Part shown: in pieces, positions 48,624 to 57,896 of the stretch
Position numbering within the stretch: position 1 is the stretch's first letter
Layout of the letters: every line of letters starts with the position of its first letter
Assembly: GCA_001783695.1 (NCBI GenBank)
Contig: MFNE01000047.1
Location: 3,555-67,554 of the forward strand
Length of the DNA stretch: 64,000 bases
Source of the DNA: Candidatus Lambdaproteobacteria bacterium RIFOXYD2_FULL_50_16
GTDB taxonomy: Bacteria > SAR324 > XYD2-FULL-50-16
Reading direction: 5' to 3'
Notes under the pieces: generated by a model
Database searches by the model: none
Seen by the model: only the letters and a program-made list of their open reading frames with translations
Told to the model about the DNA's origin: nothing
Program-made: the position numbers and the translations under genes

Positions 48624-48931
48624 CGGTTGTTTGGGGCAGTTACCGGGACATTGTAGGGGTTTAGGTGAGACAAATAAAGAGAAAAATCAAAAATGAGCCC
48701 TACAATATTTAGAGAAGGCGGCAACAGGACCGTAGCCCTCTTGGTAGCACTCAATGCAACAACGGCTGGAAATCTGGTGTTTTTGGTAGGGACACCCTCG
48801 AAGGTGAGGGCACCCCTGGGCACCACGATGACGGCATAACCAAAAATCATCTCAAAACTGGCCAAAGTCTGGTCCAGTGAGGTTTTTTTGGAAATATCAT
48901 TATCATCCACCCGAAGAGGGTGATCCTCCAC
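48620..48931 (-). CDS. small hypothetical protein (103 aa), first gene of the antisense accessory operon
   Basis: Overlaps the 645-aa gene start by 4 bp, suggesting translational coupling. Has a hydrophobic central segment. Confidence 0.35.
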   Translation of the reverse strand: MEDHPLRVDDNDISKKTSLDQTLASFEMIFGYAVIVVPRGALTFEGVPTKNTRFPAVVALSATKRATVLLPPSLNIVGLIFDFSLYLSHLNPYNVPVTAPNNR

Positions 48932-49066
48932 TTCCTCATAAGTTTTTAGGTTCTCTGTTTTTTACCCTACCTACTTTTTTGTGTCCTCTTTGAATGTGTT
49001 CCTCTGCCTTTTAGACTTGGGTTGGGGTAATTTAGGATCGAATTTACCCCTCAATAGGAGAACCTA

Positions 49067-49303
49067 ATGGAAATCAACATTAACGACTGGAATGCGGTCT
49101 TGGACGTTCTTTTAACCTTAATTGGAATCTTTTTCCCAGGACTTAGTCTTTATACCCTGGCCCTCAAAAAAAACAAGGCAGAGATCCTCGCCCTGCTTGA
49201 CCAGGTACCGATCGATAACCGGGCGATTTTGGAGATGGCGCGTGCCTCAGGCCGGATGCAGGCGGCAAAGGATCTTGAAAAGCTCATTGCCCAACAGACC
49301 TAA
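49067..49303 (+). CDS. small membrane protein (78 aa, one TM helix); holin-like candidate
   Basis: TM segment VLDVLLTLIGIFFPGLSLYTLAL followed by a charged C-terminus. Confidence 0.35.
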   Translation: MEININDWNAVLDVLLTLIGIFFPGLSLYTLALKKNKAEILALLDQVPIDNRAILEMARASGRMQAAKDLEKLIAQQT

Positions 49304-49307
49304 TTCG

Positions 49308-49736
49308 ATGCGATCTTTTTGGATGGTTCTCTTTATGTCGATTTGCGCCGAGGTGGTTTATGCCGAGACTGGGCCGCTCGACACCCAAGTTAGTATGTGG
49401 AATCTGATCATCGCCGGTCTAACCCTAGTCGCGGCGGCGGTCACCATTAAAAACCGGGTGAATTCTTTGGAGGAAAAATACCAAGGAGAGCATCGCAAAA
49501 TGGAGCAGCAACAAGCGGCCCAGGCGCTGATTAACGCGGAATTTCGAGAAAAGATTCACCACAACGAAAAGAAGTTAATTAATCAAGAAAAGCTGATTTT
49601 AGAGCGGCTCTTAAAACAAGAGCAGATCCTCTTTGATCGGCTCGATGAGCGGCTTAACCGCTTTGAACACCGGATCGACTTCATTATCAAGGCGTTTGGC
49701 GAGGGGCGTCGCGGAGGAGATATTTTGGAGCCATGA
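49308..49736 (+). CDS. small membrane/coiled-coil protein (142 aa); spanin- or antiholin-like candidate
   Basis: Start taken at the internal Met (MRSFWMVLFMSI). N-terminal signal/TM, a second TM, then a coiled-coil. The upstream part of the ORF-track entry 49122.. is R-rich junk in another gene's frame. Confidence 0.3.
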   Translation: MRSFWMVLFMSICAEVVYAETGPLDTQVSMWNLIIAGLTLVAAAVTIKNRVNSLEEKYQGEHRKMEQQQAAQALINAEFREKIHHNEKKLINQEKLILERLLKQEQILFDRLDERLNRFEHRIDFIIKAFGEGRRGGDILEP

Positions 49737-49888
49737 AAAAAATTGGGTGAGGTGCCCTGTGGGGCCCATCCCAAAGGTAGGGTAGTCATTTGTGGGTAAA
49801 TCAATATTTACCAACAGTTTTAACAGTTTAGGGGACGTTTACCCCAAAACCAAGGGAATGGACCGCAGCGTTTGAATCAAAAGGACCT

Positions 49889-51499
49889 ATGACAACCCTA
49901 AATAATCAGGGGGAAGGGCAGGAATTAAAGGGGCCTGTGGGCAAAGAAGAAAAAGAGGGTGATTCGGGGCCTTGTAGTTTTGAAACTAGCCCTCCTGAGG
50001 AACGATACCAACTTTGCCGAAACGACCTTTTAGTTTTTATTACAACCTATCTGCCTCATTTTGCTCCAGGAGGCCATTTTAACGAGTTTCACCGATTTTT
50101 TGCCGAAAAAACCCTCACCATAGCTCGGCCTTCGAAAAAAAAACGAGGTTTGCGTTTGGCGATAGCCGCTCCCAGGGGAGCCGGAAAGTCGAGTTTGTTA
50201 AAGGCGTTGGTGCTCAAAGCGATTGTTTATGAAGCCAAGCGATTTATTGTTTTGATCTCTGATTCGGTAGAGCAAGCGGTCGATATTTTAGAGTCGGTTA
50301 AGCAGGAATTAGAGGAAAACGACTGGATTCAGGCGGACTTCGAATCGGCCACTGGTGTTGGGGCTCCGTGGAAGGTAGGGCATGTGATTACCCGTGGTGG
50401 GATTAAACTTAAAGCTTACGGCCAAGGCAAGCGGATCCGAGGGATTAGCCATGGGGTCTATCGGCCTGATTTAATTATTTTGGACGACCTGGAAAACGAT
50501 GAACTAGTTAGAAATCCGGCCCAACGGAATAAATTAGAGGCCTGGGTTTGGAAGTCGGTTTTGCCCTTGGGCCCGCCAGATCAGAGCCATGATGTTTTGA
50601 TGGTGGGAACGCTACTTCATTACGATTCAGTCTTGGCCAGGTTATTAAAACACCCGGCTTTTGATAGCCAGAAGTTTAAAGCCCTGCGCACTTGGCCCAA
50701 ACGGCTCGACCTTTGGGAATCGTTCGAAGCTATTTACTGGCGTCGAGGCGAAGCTCAGGCGCTGGAGTTTTTTAAGGCTAACCAACAACTAATGGAGGAT
50801 GGAGCAGAGCTTTTGTGGCCAGAGATGCAAAACCTTCTCGACTTGATGTTAAGTTGGACCGAAAACCGGGCCGCCTTCACCTCTGAACAACAAAACGAGC
50901 CCATTGACGAGTCAGAACGGGTTTTCCGTCATTTCCATTATTACGAAGAACTGCCCAACGACTTGGTTTGTTACGGAGCCATAGACCCAAGTATGGGGAA
51001 AAGTGGTAAGGCTGGTGACCCTTCAGCGCTGATTATTTTAGGTAAAAGTATAGAGGGCCGTTTTTATGTGATCGAAGCGGTTATCAAAAAGTTGGCCCCT
51101 GATGACGCGATTGAGCAGGTTATCGAGATGCAGAAAAAATATCGGTGCCAAGCTTGGGCGGTGGAAACGGTGCAGTTCCAGGAGTTTTTTAAAGACGAGT
51201 TGGTTCGCCGCTCGGCCATCTCCGGGATTCCGGTGCCCGCCAAAGCGGTTAAGCCTCACCGGGACAAAGGACTGCGGATCGAATCAATCCAACCCCATAT
51301 TCACAACGGTTTAATTCAGTTTAACGCCGCCCAAGGTCAGTTGATCGAGCAATTAGCCTATTTTCCTAAAGCGGACCACGACGACGGCCCTGACGCCTTG
51401 CAAATGGCTTTCGCCCTGGCCAGCGGGTCTGCCCAAACCCAAATGAAGTCGCAACCGCGGCCCTCCGACTTTTCGGGCCGGGCATTAGAGCGGTATTAA
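49889..51499 (+). CDS. terL: phage terminase large subunit
   Basis: Walker A AAPRGAGKSS, Walker B LIILDDLEND, and a C-terminal RNaseH-like nuclease region (IDPSMGKSGKAGDPSALIILG). 536 aa. Confidence 0.8.
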   Translation: MTTLNNQGEGQELKGPVGKEEKEGDSGPCSFETSPPEERYQLCRNDLLVFITTYLPHFAPGGHFNEFHRFFAEKTLTIARPSKKKRGLRLAIAAPRGAGKSSLLKALVLKAIVYEAKRFIVLISDSVEQAVDILESVKQELEENDWIQADFESATGVGAPWKVGHVITRGGIKLKAYGQGKRIRGISHGVYRPDLIILDDLENDELVRNPAQRNKLEAWVWKSVLPLGPPDQSHDVLMVGTLLHYDSVLARLLKHPAFDSQKFKALRTWPKRLDLWESFEAIYWRRGEAQALEFFKANQQLMEDGAELLWPEMQNLLDLMLSWTENRAAFTSEQQNEPIDESERVFRHFHYYEELPNDLVCYGAIDPSMGKSGKAGDPSALIILGKSIEGRFYVIEAVIKKLAPDDAIEQVIEMQKKYRCQAWAVETVQFQEFFKDELVRRSAISGIPVPAKAVKPHRDKGLRIESIQPHIHNGLIQFNAAQGQLIEQLAYFPKADHDDGPDALQMAFALASGSAQTQMKSQPRPSDFSGRALERY

Positions 51500-51523
51500 C
51501 CAAAACCAAAACAGGAGTCGCTA

Positions 51524-52741
51524 ATGAAATCGTTTGCCCCAGCGTTTATAAACTACGCACAAGCCAATCCTTTACCCGCCCAGCTTGAAGGGCAAATCGC
51601 CCAGCGAGATCGGGCCTGGGACTATTCTGGGCTTTCCGGTTTTTTGCCTAACCCCGACCCGGTATTACTTAAATTAGACGACCAAGGAGAGGAGGTGCTT
51701 CACGGTTTAACCGCAGACCCTCACTTAATTTCAGTAATTCAGACCCGGAAGCTGGGCAGTCTTAAAACCGAATTTCGGTTTGAATCGGGCAAAGGCAGCG
51801 ACCACAATGTTTCGGGGGCCTCTAAAAAATTACAAGAAAATTTATCTGAAGATTTGCGGGGGATTGATCTTTATCAAGTGCTGTCGGAGATTTTGGACGC
51901 GCCTTTTTTTGGGATGCGTCCTTTAGAGCTAATCTGGGCGGCCAAAGGGGACCGTATCGCGCTTAAAGACATCCGCCCCAAACCGGCCACTTGGTTCCGA
52001 TTTGACCGAGACAATAAACCGCTGTTTGTAGAATGGGATGGCTACCAAGGTCGAGAACTCCCTTGGGGCAAGTTTGTACTTGCGCGCCATTTTCCGAGTT
52101 ATGACAACCCCTACGGTCTCAGGCTTTTATCTCGATGCCTCTGGCCGGTGACCTTTAAAAAGGGGGGGATTCGGTTTTGGGTGACCTTGGCCGAAAAATA
52201 CGGCCTTCCCTTGATGGTGGGTAAATATCCGGTGGGCACCAGCGCCGAGGGCCAAGATGAGATGTTGGCCGCCCTGGCCAAGGCGGTGCGTGACGCGGTG
52301 ATGGTTCTGCCCGAAGGTTCGCAAGTAGAAATTCAAGAAACCGCCAAAGGCAGCGCCGACGTCCACCAGTCACTAGTTGATTTAATGAACCGGGAGATAT
52401 CCAAAGCTATCTTGGGTCAAAACTTGACCACCGAAGCGGGTCAGGTGGGCAGTCATGCTGCCTCGAAAACCCATATGGACGTTTTGTCCACCTACCAAGA
52501 CGCCGACCGGCAATTGGTCAAACGGGTGATGAACGAAATCGCCGAGATTTACACCCAACTAAACCACCCCACCGCAAACGCTCCGCGCTTTCATTGGTTT
52601 GAAGAGGATGACCCGAAAGTAGAGTGGGCCCAAAGGGACCAGCAGCTCGCCCAAATGGGGGTTCAGTTCACTCCCGAATACCTCTGCCGCCAGTATGGAC
52701 TTCAGCCGGGCGACTTTTCTATAAATTTTCCAAAAAAGTGA
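51524..52741 (+). CDS. phage portal protein (Mu gp29/DUF935-like)
   Basis: Position immediately after terL and length of 405 aa. No strong motif recall. Confidence 0.55.
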   Translation: MKSFAPAFINYAQANPLPAQLEGQIAQRDRAWDYSGLSGFLPNPDPVLLKLDDQGEEVLHGLTADPHLISVIQTRKLGSLKTEFRFESGKGSDHNVSGASKKLQENLSEDLRGIDLYQVLSEILDAPFFGMRPLELIWAAKGDRIALKDIRPKPATWFRFDRDNKPLFVEWDGYQGRELPWGKFVLARHFPSYDNPYGLRLLSRCLWPVTFKKGGIRFWVTLAEKYGLPLMVGKYPVGTSAEGQDEMLAALAKAVRDAVMVLPEGSQVEIQETAKGSADVHQSLVDLMNREISKAILGQNLTTEAGQVGSHAASKTHMDVLSTYQDADRQLVKRVMNEIAEIYTQLNHPTANAPRFHWFEEDDPKVEWAQRDQQLAQMGVQFTPEYLCRQYGLQPGDFSINFPKK

Positions 52742-52859
52742 AAGCTGTCCTCTGATCTTTTAAAAAACAGAGGTGTATTTTGAAAACAAGAAAACACCAG
52801 TCCGGTTTGAAGCCGTTTTGGTGTTTCCCAAAAACGAATTTAACTTAGGAGTAAACCCC

Positions 52860-53921
52860 ATGCAGTGGATGGAGATCTTCAAAACCGGGACCCACGTTGA
52901 TGCCCGCGGGCAAAAGCGGGAGTGGACCCAGGCCGATCTGGACCAGATGGTTTTGGCCTACAACCAAGGCGACCATGAGGCCCCGATTGTCTTAGGCCAC
53001 CCCAAAGAAAACGGCCCCGCTTACGGCTGGATTGCCGAACTCAAGCGCGAAGGCGATTTATTGTTAGCCCGGCCCAAACAGGTCTTGGCCAAGTTTAAAG
53101 ACTGGGTCAACGCCGGGTCTTTTAAAAAGCGCAGCATCTCTCTTTATCCTGATTTGACGCTGCGCCACGTGGGCTTTTTAGGCGCGTTCCCGCCTGCGGT
53201 GAAGGGGCTTAAGGACTTTGCTTTTGGCGAAGAGCGGCAATCCGAAGAAGCAGCGATGGAATATTTCACCTTCGACTTTGAAGAGGTGCCCGCCGCCAAA
53301 ACTAAGAAGCCAAAAAAGGTGGTCCAGCCTCCAGAGGCATTGGCTGCGGAAGAGGGGGTGGCGGTTCCCGCCGAAGTTGAGGGTGTCGAAGAGACCCCGG
53401 CAGAAGAAGAAGCTGAAGGCACCAAAAACAGCCCAGCAACAGAAGAGGCCGAGGGCACTGAAGACAACTTGGCGGAGCCTGAAACGCCCGTTTCACCTGG
53501 TACACAGGCGAAAGCCCTCAAAAAGGCCAAGGTCGCCTTAGCCCAACAAAAGGCCCTGAACCAACAAACCCAAGCCAACTTCGCCGAACTTGCCGCTCAA
53601 AACCAGCGGCAAAAGGACCAAGCTTGGGTCCAACAACAAATCGCCGAGGGCCGCCTACTGCCCGCTTGGAAAGAAATGGGGCTGTTGGAATTTATGTCGG
53701 CTTTAGAAGGGACAAGTTACCAATTTAACGAACAAGGGGAGAAGGAACCCTTGGTGGACTGGTTTAAAAGCTTCATCGAATCCTTCACTGCTCACCCGCT
53801 TTTTACCGAAATGAACCCGGCCCGTCGGCCTCGTCCCTTCGGTGAAGCCGATCAAGCCCAAATCCTGGGCCAGCAGATCGCCGGGACCACTGGGGCTTTG
53901 ATCAGCCCGTCTAACCACTAA
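52860..53921 (+). CDS. phage head maturation protease/scaffold (Mu I-like) with acidic low-complexity scaffold region
   Basis: The N-terminal ~150 aa resembles Mu I protease. The central E/A/P-rich repeats (EEAEGT) are typical of fused scaffolds. Start set at the internal Met MQWMEIF. Confidence 0.5.
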   Translation: MQWMEIFKTGTHVDARGQKREWTQADLDQMVLAYNQGDHEAPIVLGHPKENGPAYGWIAELKREGDLLLARPKQVLAKFKDWVNAGSFKKRSISLYPDLTLRHVGFLGAFPPAVKGLKDFAFGEERQSEEAAMEYFTFDFEEVPAAKTKKPKKVVQPPEALAAEEGVAVPAEVEGVEETPAEEEAEGTKNSPATEEAEGTEDNLAEPETPVSPGTQAKALKKAKVALAQQKALNQQTQANFAELAAQNQRQKDQAWVQQQIAEGRLLPAWKEMGLLEFMSALEGTSYQFNEQGEKEPLVDWFKSFIESFTAHPLFTEMNPARRPRPFGEADQAQILGQQIAGTTGALISPSNH

Positions 53922-53936
53922 TTAAGGAGTTTTAAA

Positions 53937-54284
53937 ATGGCAGGAACCTTGGGGATTATTGAAAACACCCAAACCCACAAAACCTTGGTCGCCGATTCAA
54001 ACTATGGCCCGGTTTTGATTAAGCAAACCATCACCGCAGGCAACTATGCTGCCGGGCAGGTGTTGGGCCGCTTGACCGCTTCGGGCAAGTTGACCGCATA
54101 CGACGCCTTGGCCGCCAACGGTTCAGAGTTGCCGGTTGCGATTTTGCTGCAAGACGCCGACGCCTCGATTGCTGACCAATCGGCTTTGGTGGGCTTTGCC
54201 GGGGTTTATGTCGAACTCAACATGATTGGACTTAGCGCCGCCGGGAAATTGGATCTAGAAGCCCGCGGAATTTACTTTAAATAA
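53937..54284 (+). CDS. phage head decoration protein-like (115 aa)
   Basis: Size and position between the protease and the major capsid. Gly/Ala-rich beta-rich sequence, as in gpD-like decoration proteins. Confidence 0.4.
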   Translation: MAGTLGIIENTQTHKTLVADSNYGPVLIKQTITAGNYAAGQVLGRLTASGKLTAYDALAANGSELPVAILLQDADASIADQSALVGFAGVYVELNMIGLSAAGKLDLEARGIYFK

Positions 54285-54311
54285 CCATCACCCAAAAAGG
54301 AAGTAAGCAAC

Positions 54312-55304
54312 ATGGATAATCTCTTTTCCACTCGCGCCCTAACCGCCGCCGTCAACCTGATCAAACCGGCTCCGACCCTGATTTTAGACCAGGTCTTTGC
54401 CAAAAAGAAACGCCAACTGACGGACCGCTTTGCTTGGGACGTCAAAAGCCATTCAGAGCGCGTACTCAAAAACATCGAGGTTCACGAGCCGGCGCAAGTG
54501 GCCGACAATTCAGGTTTTAAAACTATCACCTGCCGTGCCCCTCGCTTTGCCGAGAAACGCTTGATCAACGCCCACGACCTCAACGCCATGCGCGCCTTTG
54601 GCGAACAGGCCAACGTCGAACTACTCAAAGAGCGGATCGGCCAGGAACAGGTGGACATGAAGCGCAAGATTGATCTGACCCGCGAATTTATGGCCGCTAA
54701 GGCCCTATCTGGGCAAGTGGTCGATGACGCTGGCACGGTTTTGGTGGACTACAACTTTGCTGCTGGCCAAACCCCGATCTTGACCGGCACCAACCTTTGG
54801 ACCGATGCCGCTTCGAGTCCTTTAAAAAACATCCGTGCTTGGAAAAAGTTGATCTCCCAAGAAGCGGGCAACGTGCCAAAGTTTGTCGCCTTCTGCGGTT
54901 CCGACGCGATGGACGCTTTGATGTCCAATCAGTCTGCCTTAGAGATGCTCAAATACACCCAAGGGGCGCAGCTGGCCGAACAAGGCCGGGTGCTGACCTT
55001 TGGCGGGGCTGAGATTCACGAATATTACGGCTCTTACGTCGATGCGAACAATGTTCGCCAAGACCTGATTCCGGCAGACCATTTTGTGTTAGTAGGCCTC
55101 GCTGATGATGCCTTTGCCGAACTGACCGCGCCAGTGGTCGATTTTGAATCGGAAGCAGGTGTAGGTTCGGGCAAACCGGGCGAATTTTTCTTTTCCAAGT
55201 CGTGGAAAATGGACGACCCCTCGGGCCGCTGGGTCAAGGTAGAGGCTAGGCCTTTGCCCGTACTACACCGGCCTGAATGTGTTGTTTACGCCAAGGTAGT
55301 CTAG
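54312..55304 (+). CDS. phage major capsid protein (lambda gpE-like family)
   Basis: 330 aa. N-terminus MDNLFSTRALTAAVNLIKPAPTLILDQVF matches the Phage_cap_E pattern. Preceded by a decoration-like gene. Confidence 0.65.
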   Translation: MDNLFSTRALTAAVNLIKPAPTLILDQVFAKKKRQLTDRFAWDVKSHSERVLKNIEVHEPAQVADNSGFKTITCRAPRFAEKRLINAHDLNAMRAFGEQANVELLKERIGQEQVDMKRKIDLTREFMAAKALSGQVVDDAGTVLVDYNFAAGQTPILTGTNLWTDAASSPLKNIRAWKKLISQEAGNVPKFVAFCGSDAMDALMSNQSALEMLKYTQGAQLAEQGRVLTFGGAEIHEYYGSYVDANNVRQDLIPADHFVLVGLADDAFAELTAPVVDFESEAGVGSGKPGEFFFSKSWKMDDPSGRWVKVEARPLPVLHRPECVVYAKVV

Positions 55305-55723
55305 TGGCTTACTCAACCTTGGACGACCTAAAACGCCGCTTAAGTGAAGGCGAGCTGGTCCAACTGACCGACGACCACAACACTGGTCTTATCGACCAAG
55401 GGTTGGTCGATTCGGTGATCAGCGAGGTGGACCGGTTGATCGATTCCTACCTGATGAATCAGGTAGCGGTGCCTCTGAGTACCGTACCACCCCTGATTCA
55501 AGGGTTAAGCGCAGACCTCGCCCTGTTCCGCCTGTTTTTAAGGCGCGGTGGGGCGGTGCGCGATGAAGTCAAAGAACTCTACCGCCAAGGGCTACAAACT
55601 TTGGTGGACTTGGCCAGGGGGGTTAAATCCCTGGCCGAGCCAGGCCAAAAGGCTGCGCCAAGGGCGGTACGAGTGGCCGCTCCAGACGCGCAATTTAACG
55701 CGAGCCTTTTAGACAGATATTAA
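55277..55723 (+). CDS. phage head-tail connector protein (DUF1320 / Mu gp36-like)
   Basis: The AYSTLDDLKRRLSEGELVQLTDD N-terminus is the DUF1320 signature. The true start is probably the GTG/Met near 55300. Confidence 0.5.
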   Translation: MCCLRQGSLVAYSTLDDLKRRLSEGELVQLTDDHNTGLIDQGLVDSVISEVDRLIDSYLMNQVAVPLSTVPPLIQGLSADLALFRLFLRRGGAVRDEVKELYRQGLQTLVDLARGVKSLAEPGQKAAPRAVRVAAPDAQFNASLLDRY

Positions 55724-55888
55724 GATGAAGCCAGATTTTGTGCTGGCTCCCTTCCTCCAGGGGGGCCCCTCCCAAAGGACCAAGGTGACTCCAACACCCT
55801 GGTCCCCAAGAGGGGTCTTCCTGGGGCTGGTTGCCCCAGACCCGGCGTTAAAGGCCTTTTTGGCCCGTCCCTTTTTAACGAGTGAATC

Positions 55889-56305
55889 ATGATTGACCAA
55901 ATCGAAGCGGCCCTGATTGCGAAGTTGAGCCCGGTATTGCCCAAGTTCCAGGTGGCCGCCTTCCCTGATAAACCGGAACATTATTCCTTAACCGGTTTAG
56001 AAGGGGCGGTTTTGATCCGCTACTTAGGTTCGGTTTATCAAACGGGCCAGGAGTTTGGGCCTACTAGCTTGCAAAGTTTAGAAGAGGTCCCAGGGGCGCG
56101 GGTCTTGAGTTTTGAACTGGCGTTGCTAACCCGAGGTTTGGGCCAACACCAGGGGGTTTATCCCTTGCTGCAACAGGTGCTTGAACAACTAACCGGCTTT
56201 GCTCCGGCAGGCGCATCGGAACTCTTGCCCGTCAAGGACGGGTTCATGAGCTACGCCCAAGGGATCTGGTGCCACTTTATCCATTTTACTACGACCGTTC
56301 CTTAG
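55889..56305 (+). CDS. phage virion protein (DUF1834 / Mu gp37-like)
   Basis: 138 aa, placed after the DUF1320-like gene. The MIDQIEAALIAKL N-terminus is typical of this family. Confidence 0.4.
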   Translation: MIDQIEAALIAKLSPVLPKFQVAAFPDKPEHYSLTGLEGAVLIRYLGSVYQTGQEFGPTSLQSLEEVPGARVLSFELALLTRGLGQHQGVYPLLQQVLEQLTGFAPAGASELLPVKDGFMSYAQGIWCHFIHFTTTVP

Positions 56306-56312
56306 GAGAACC

Positions 56313-57476
56313 ATGTCCATCGCAAGAACCAAAAGCCAACTGGCCTTTGCCGTGCTAGAGGCCCAACGGGGCCAGTTGACCCTGCCCAGCAGCGCAAACA
56401 GCTTGGTTTTGGCCGGTAGTTTGACTGCCGGGCAAAAGCCCAACTACACCGATTCCCCCGAAATCAATAACACTCGGGGCGTCCTGGCCCGCTTCGCTGA
56501 CGGCATGTCGGCGGGCGACTTTAACTTTAAAATCATCCCCCGACCCAAAACCGCCGGTTCAGAGCCGGTTGCTTCGGCGCTTTACCAGTCTTTAATGGGC
56601 CAAAAAACCGTCAATGCGGGGGTTAGTGTTAGCTACACCCAGTCCTTGACCAAACCTAGCTTCACCTTGGCCTACCGCAAGGGGCATATGGTGTTTTACT
56701 GCATCGGCGCCACAGTCACCGAGATGACCAGCAGCGTGACTAATAAAGGCCCGGTCGAACTTAACTTTAAAGGCAAGTTTATGCAGCGCATTTCTTTAGG
56801 CGACGACCAAGTCGCCTTGGCTGCTCTGGCCTTGCAAAATCAGGTGAAAGTATCCGATGCCAAACGGTTCCAGGTGGGCGGTTATGTTTATAACCCCGCC
56901 TGCGCCGCCAACGGAGGCTTGGCTGATCAAAATCAACCGAGCGGCCAGGGCTACCTGATCACCGCCATCGATACGGTGACCCACTACTTAACCTTGGCAG
57001 ACAACCTGGACTTCGATTGGGCCTTGGGCGAGCCGGTCCAGGGTTGGTTGCCGAGCCAGCAAACCTTGGGCAGCCCCATCGCCGCTCGCGACGCCAGCTT
57101 AAAAATCAACGGGGTCGAAGGCAAGGTGCAGTCCTTAGACGTGAGTATTGTCGATCTGGCAAACTATATCGAAGACGAGATCACCACCGCCGAATACCCG
57201 ACCGACTATGTCGAGGGCGACCGCAAGATCACTGGCAGCTACACTAGTTATTTTCGGAGTGAAGATGCCGCCAAGTTTGCCCAAGGGGTCTCCAACGCCG
57301 AATACCAGCTCGATTTTGTTTTTGGTACCGCCGGCAGCCGCATGACCCTAACCCTGCCCCGCATCCCCACGGAGATTCCTGAAGAATCAGAATCGGGCCC
57401 AGCTTTATTGATCAAGCAGTCGTTCACTGCCCTTGAACAATCAGGCGAGGATTCGGCGAGCATCCTTTTCGACTAA
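56313..57476 (+). CDS. phage major tail protein (siphovirus-type)
   Basis: 387 aa and beta-rich, immediately upstream of the chaperone and tape-measure genes. Confidence 0.5.
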   Translation: MSIARTKSQLAFAVLEAQRGQLTLPSSANSLVLAGSLTAGQKPNYTDSPEINNTRGVLARFADGMSAGDFNFKIIPRPKTAGSEPVASALYQSLMGQKTVNAGVSVSYTQSLTKPSFTLAYRKGHMVFYCIGATVTEMTSSVTNKGPVELNFKGKFMQRISLGDDQVALAALALQNQVKVSDAKRFQVGGYVYNPACAANGGLADQNQPSGQGYLITAIDTVTHYLTLADNLDFDWALGEPVQGWLPSQQTLGSPIAARDASLKINGVEGKVQSLDVSIVDLANYIEDEITTAEYPTDYVEGDRKITGSYTSYFRSEDAAKFAQGVSNAEYQLDFVFGTAGSRMTLTLPRIPTEIPEESESGPALLIKQSFTALEQSGEDSASILFD

Positions 57477-57521
57477 CCCCCAAAGGGCCCGGCATCTACC
57501 GGGCCCGTCACCTGGAGCCTT

Positions 57522-57896
57522 ATGAAACTTAGAACCGAAAAAACCAGTTTTTGGATCGACATCGAAATCGGTGGGGCGACCTGCCGGTTGGAGGTGAGCC
57601 CGCTGTCCTCAGGTGAGATTCGAAAAATTATCAAAACCCATTCGAAACAAAAATTCCTCCGCGGCCAAGCGACCGAAGAAACGGACGAACTAGAGGTCCG
57701 CTTAGAGCGGTTTGATAAAACCGTGCTCAACTGGGAAGGGATTACCGACTTAGAAGACAAGCCCTTGCCCTGTAACGGCGAAACCAAAAGGGCTATCGCT
57801 GAATACAACCATGACTTTGTTTTGCAGATCTTCGAAAAGGTCGATGACATTAACATCGCCCTCAATTCCGCCCAGGCGAAGTCGAAAAAAAAATAG
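57522..57896 (+). CDS. tail assembly chaperone G
   Basis: 124 aa, between the major tail protein and the tape measure. Ends in an A9 slippery run directly before its stop. Confidence 0.5.
   Translation: MKLRTEKTSFWIDIEIGGATCRLEVSPLSSGEIRKIIKTHSKQKFLRGQATEETDELEVRLERFDKTVLNWEGITDLEDKPLPCNGETKRAIAEYNHDFVLQIFEKVDDINIALNSAQAKSKKK

Noticed and set aside
49122-49307. N-terminal 62 codons of ORF 49122..49736
   Set aside because: It is an Arg-rich translation overlapping the 78-aa membrane ORF in another frame. The gene was trimmed to start at Met 49308.
53144-53578. 144-aa antisense ORF and 107-aa + ORF inside the protease/scaffold gene
   Set aside because: They lie over the acidic low-complexity (EEAEGT) scaffold region, where any frame stays open. 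They are compositional artefacts.
57017-57463. Short ORFs inside the major tail protein gene (both strands)
   Set aside because: They are internal shadow ORFs.
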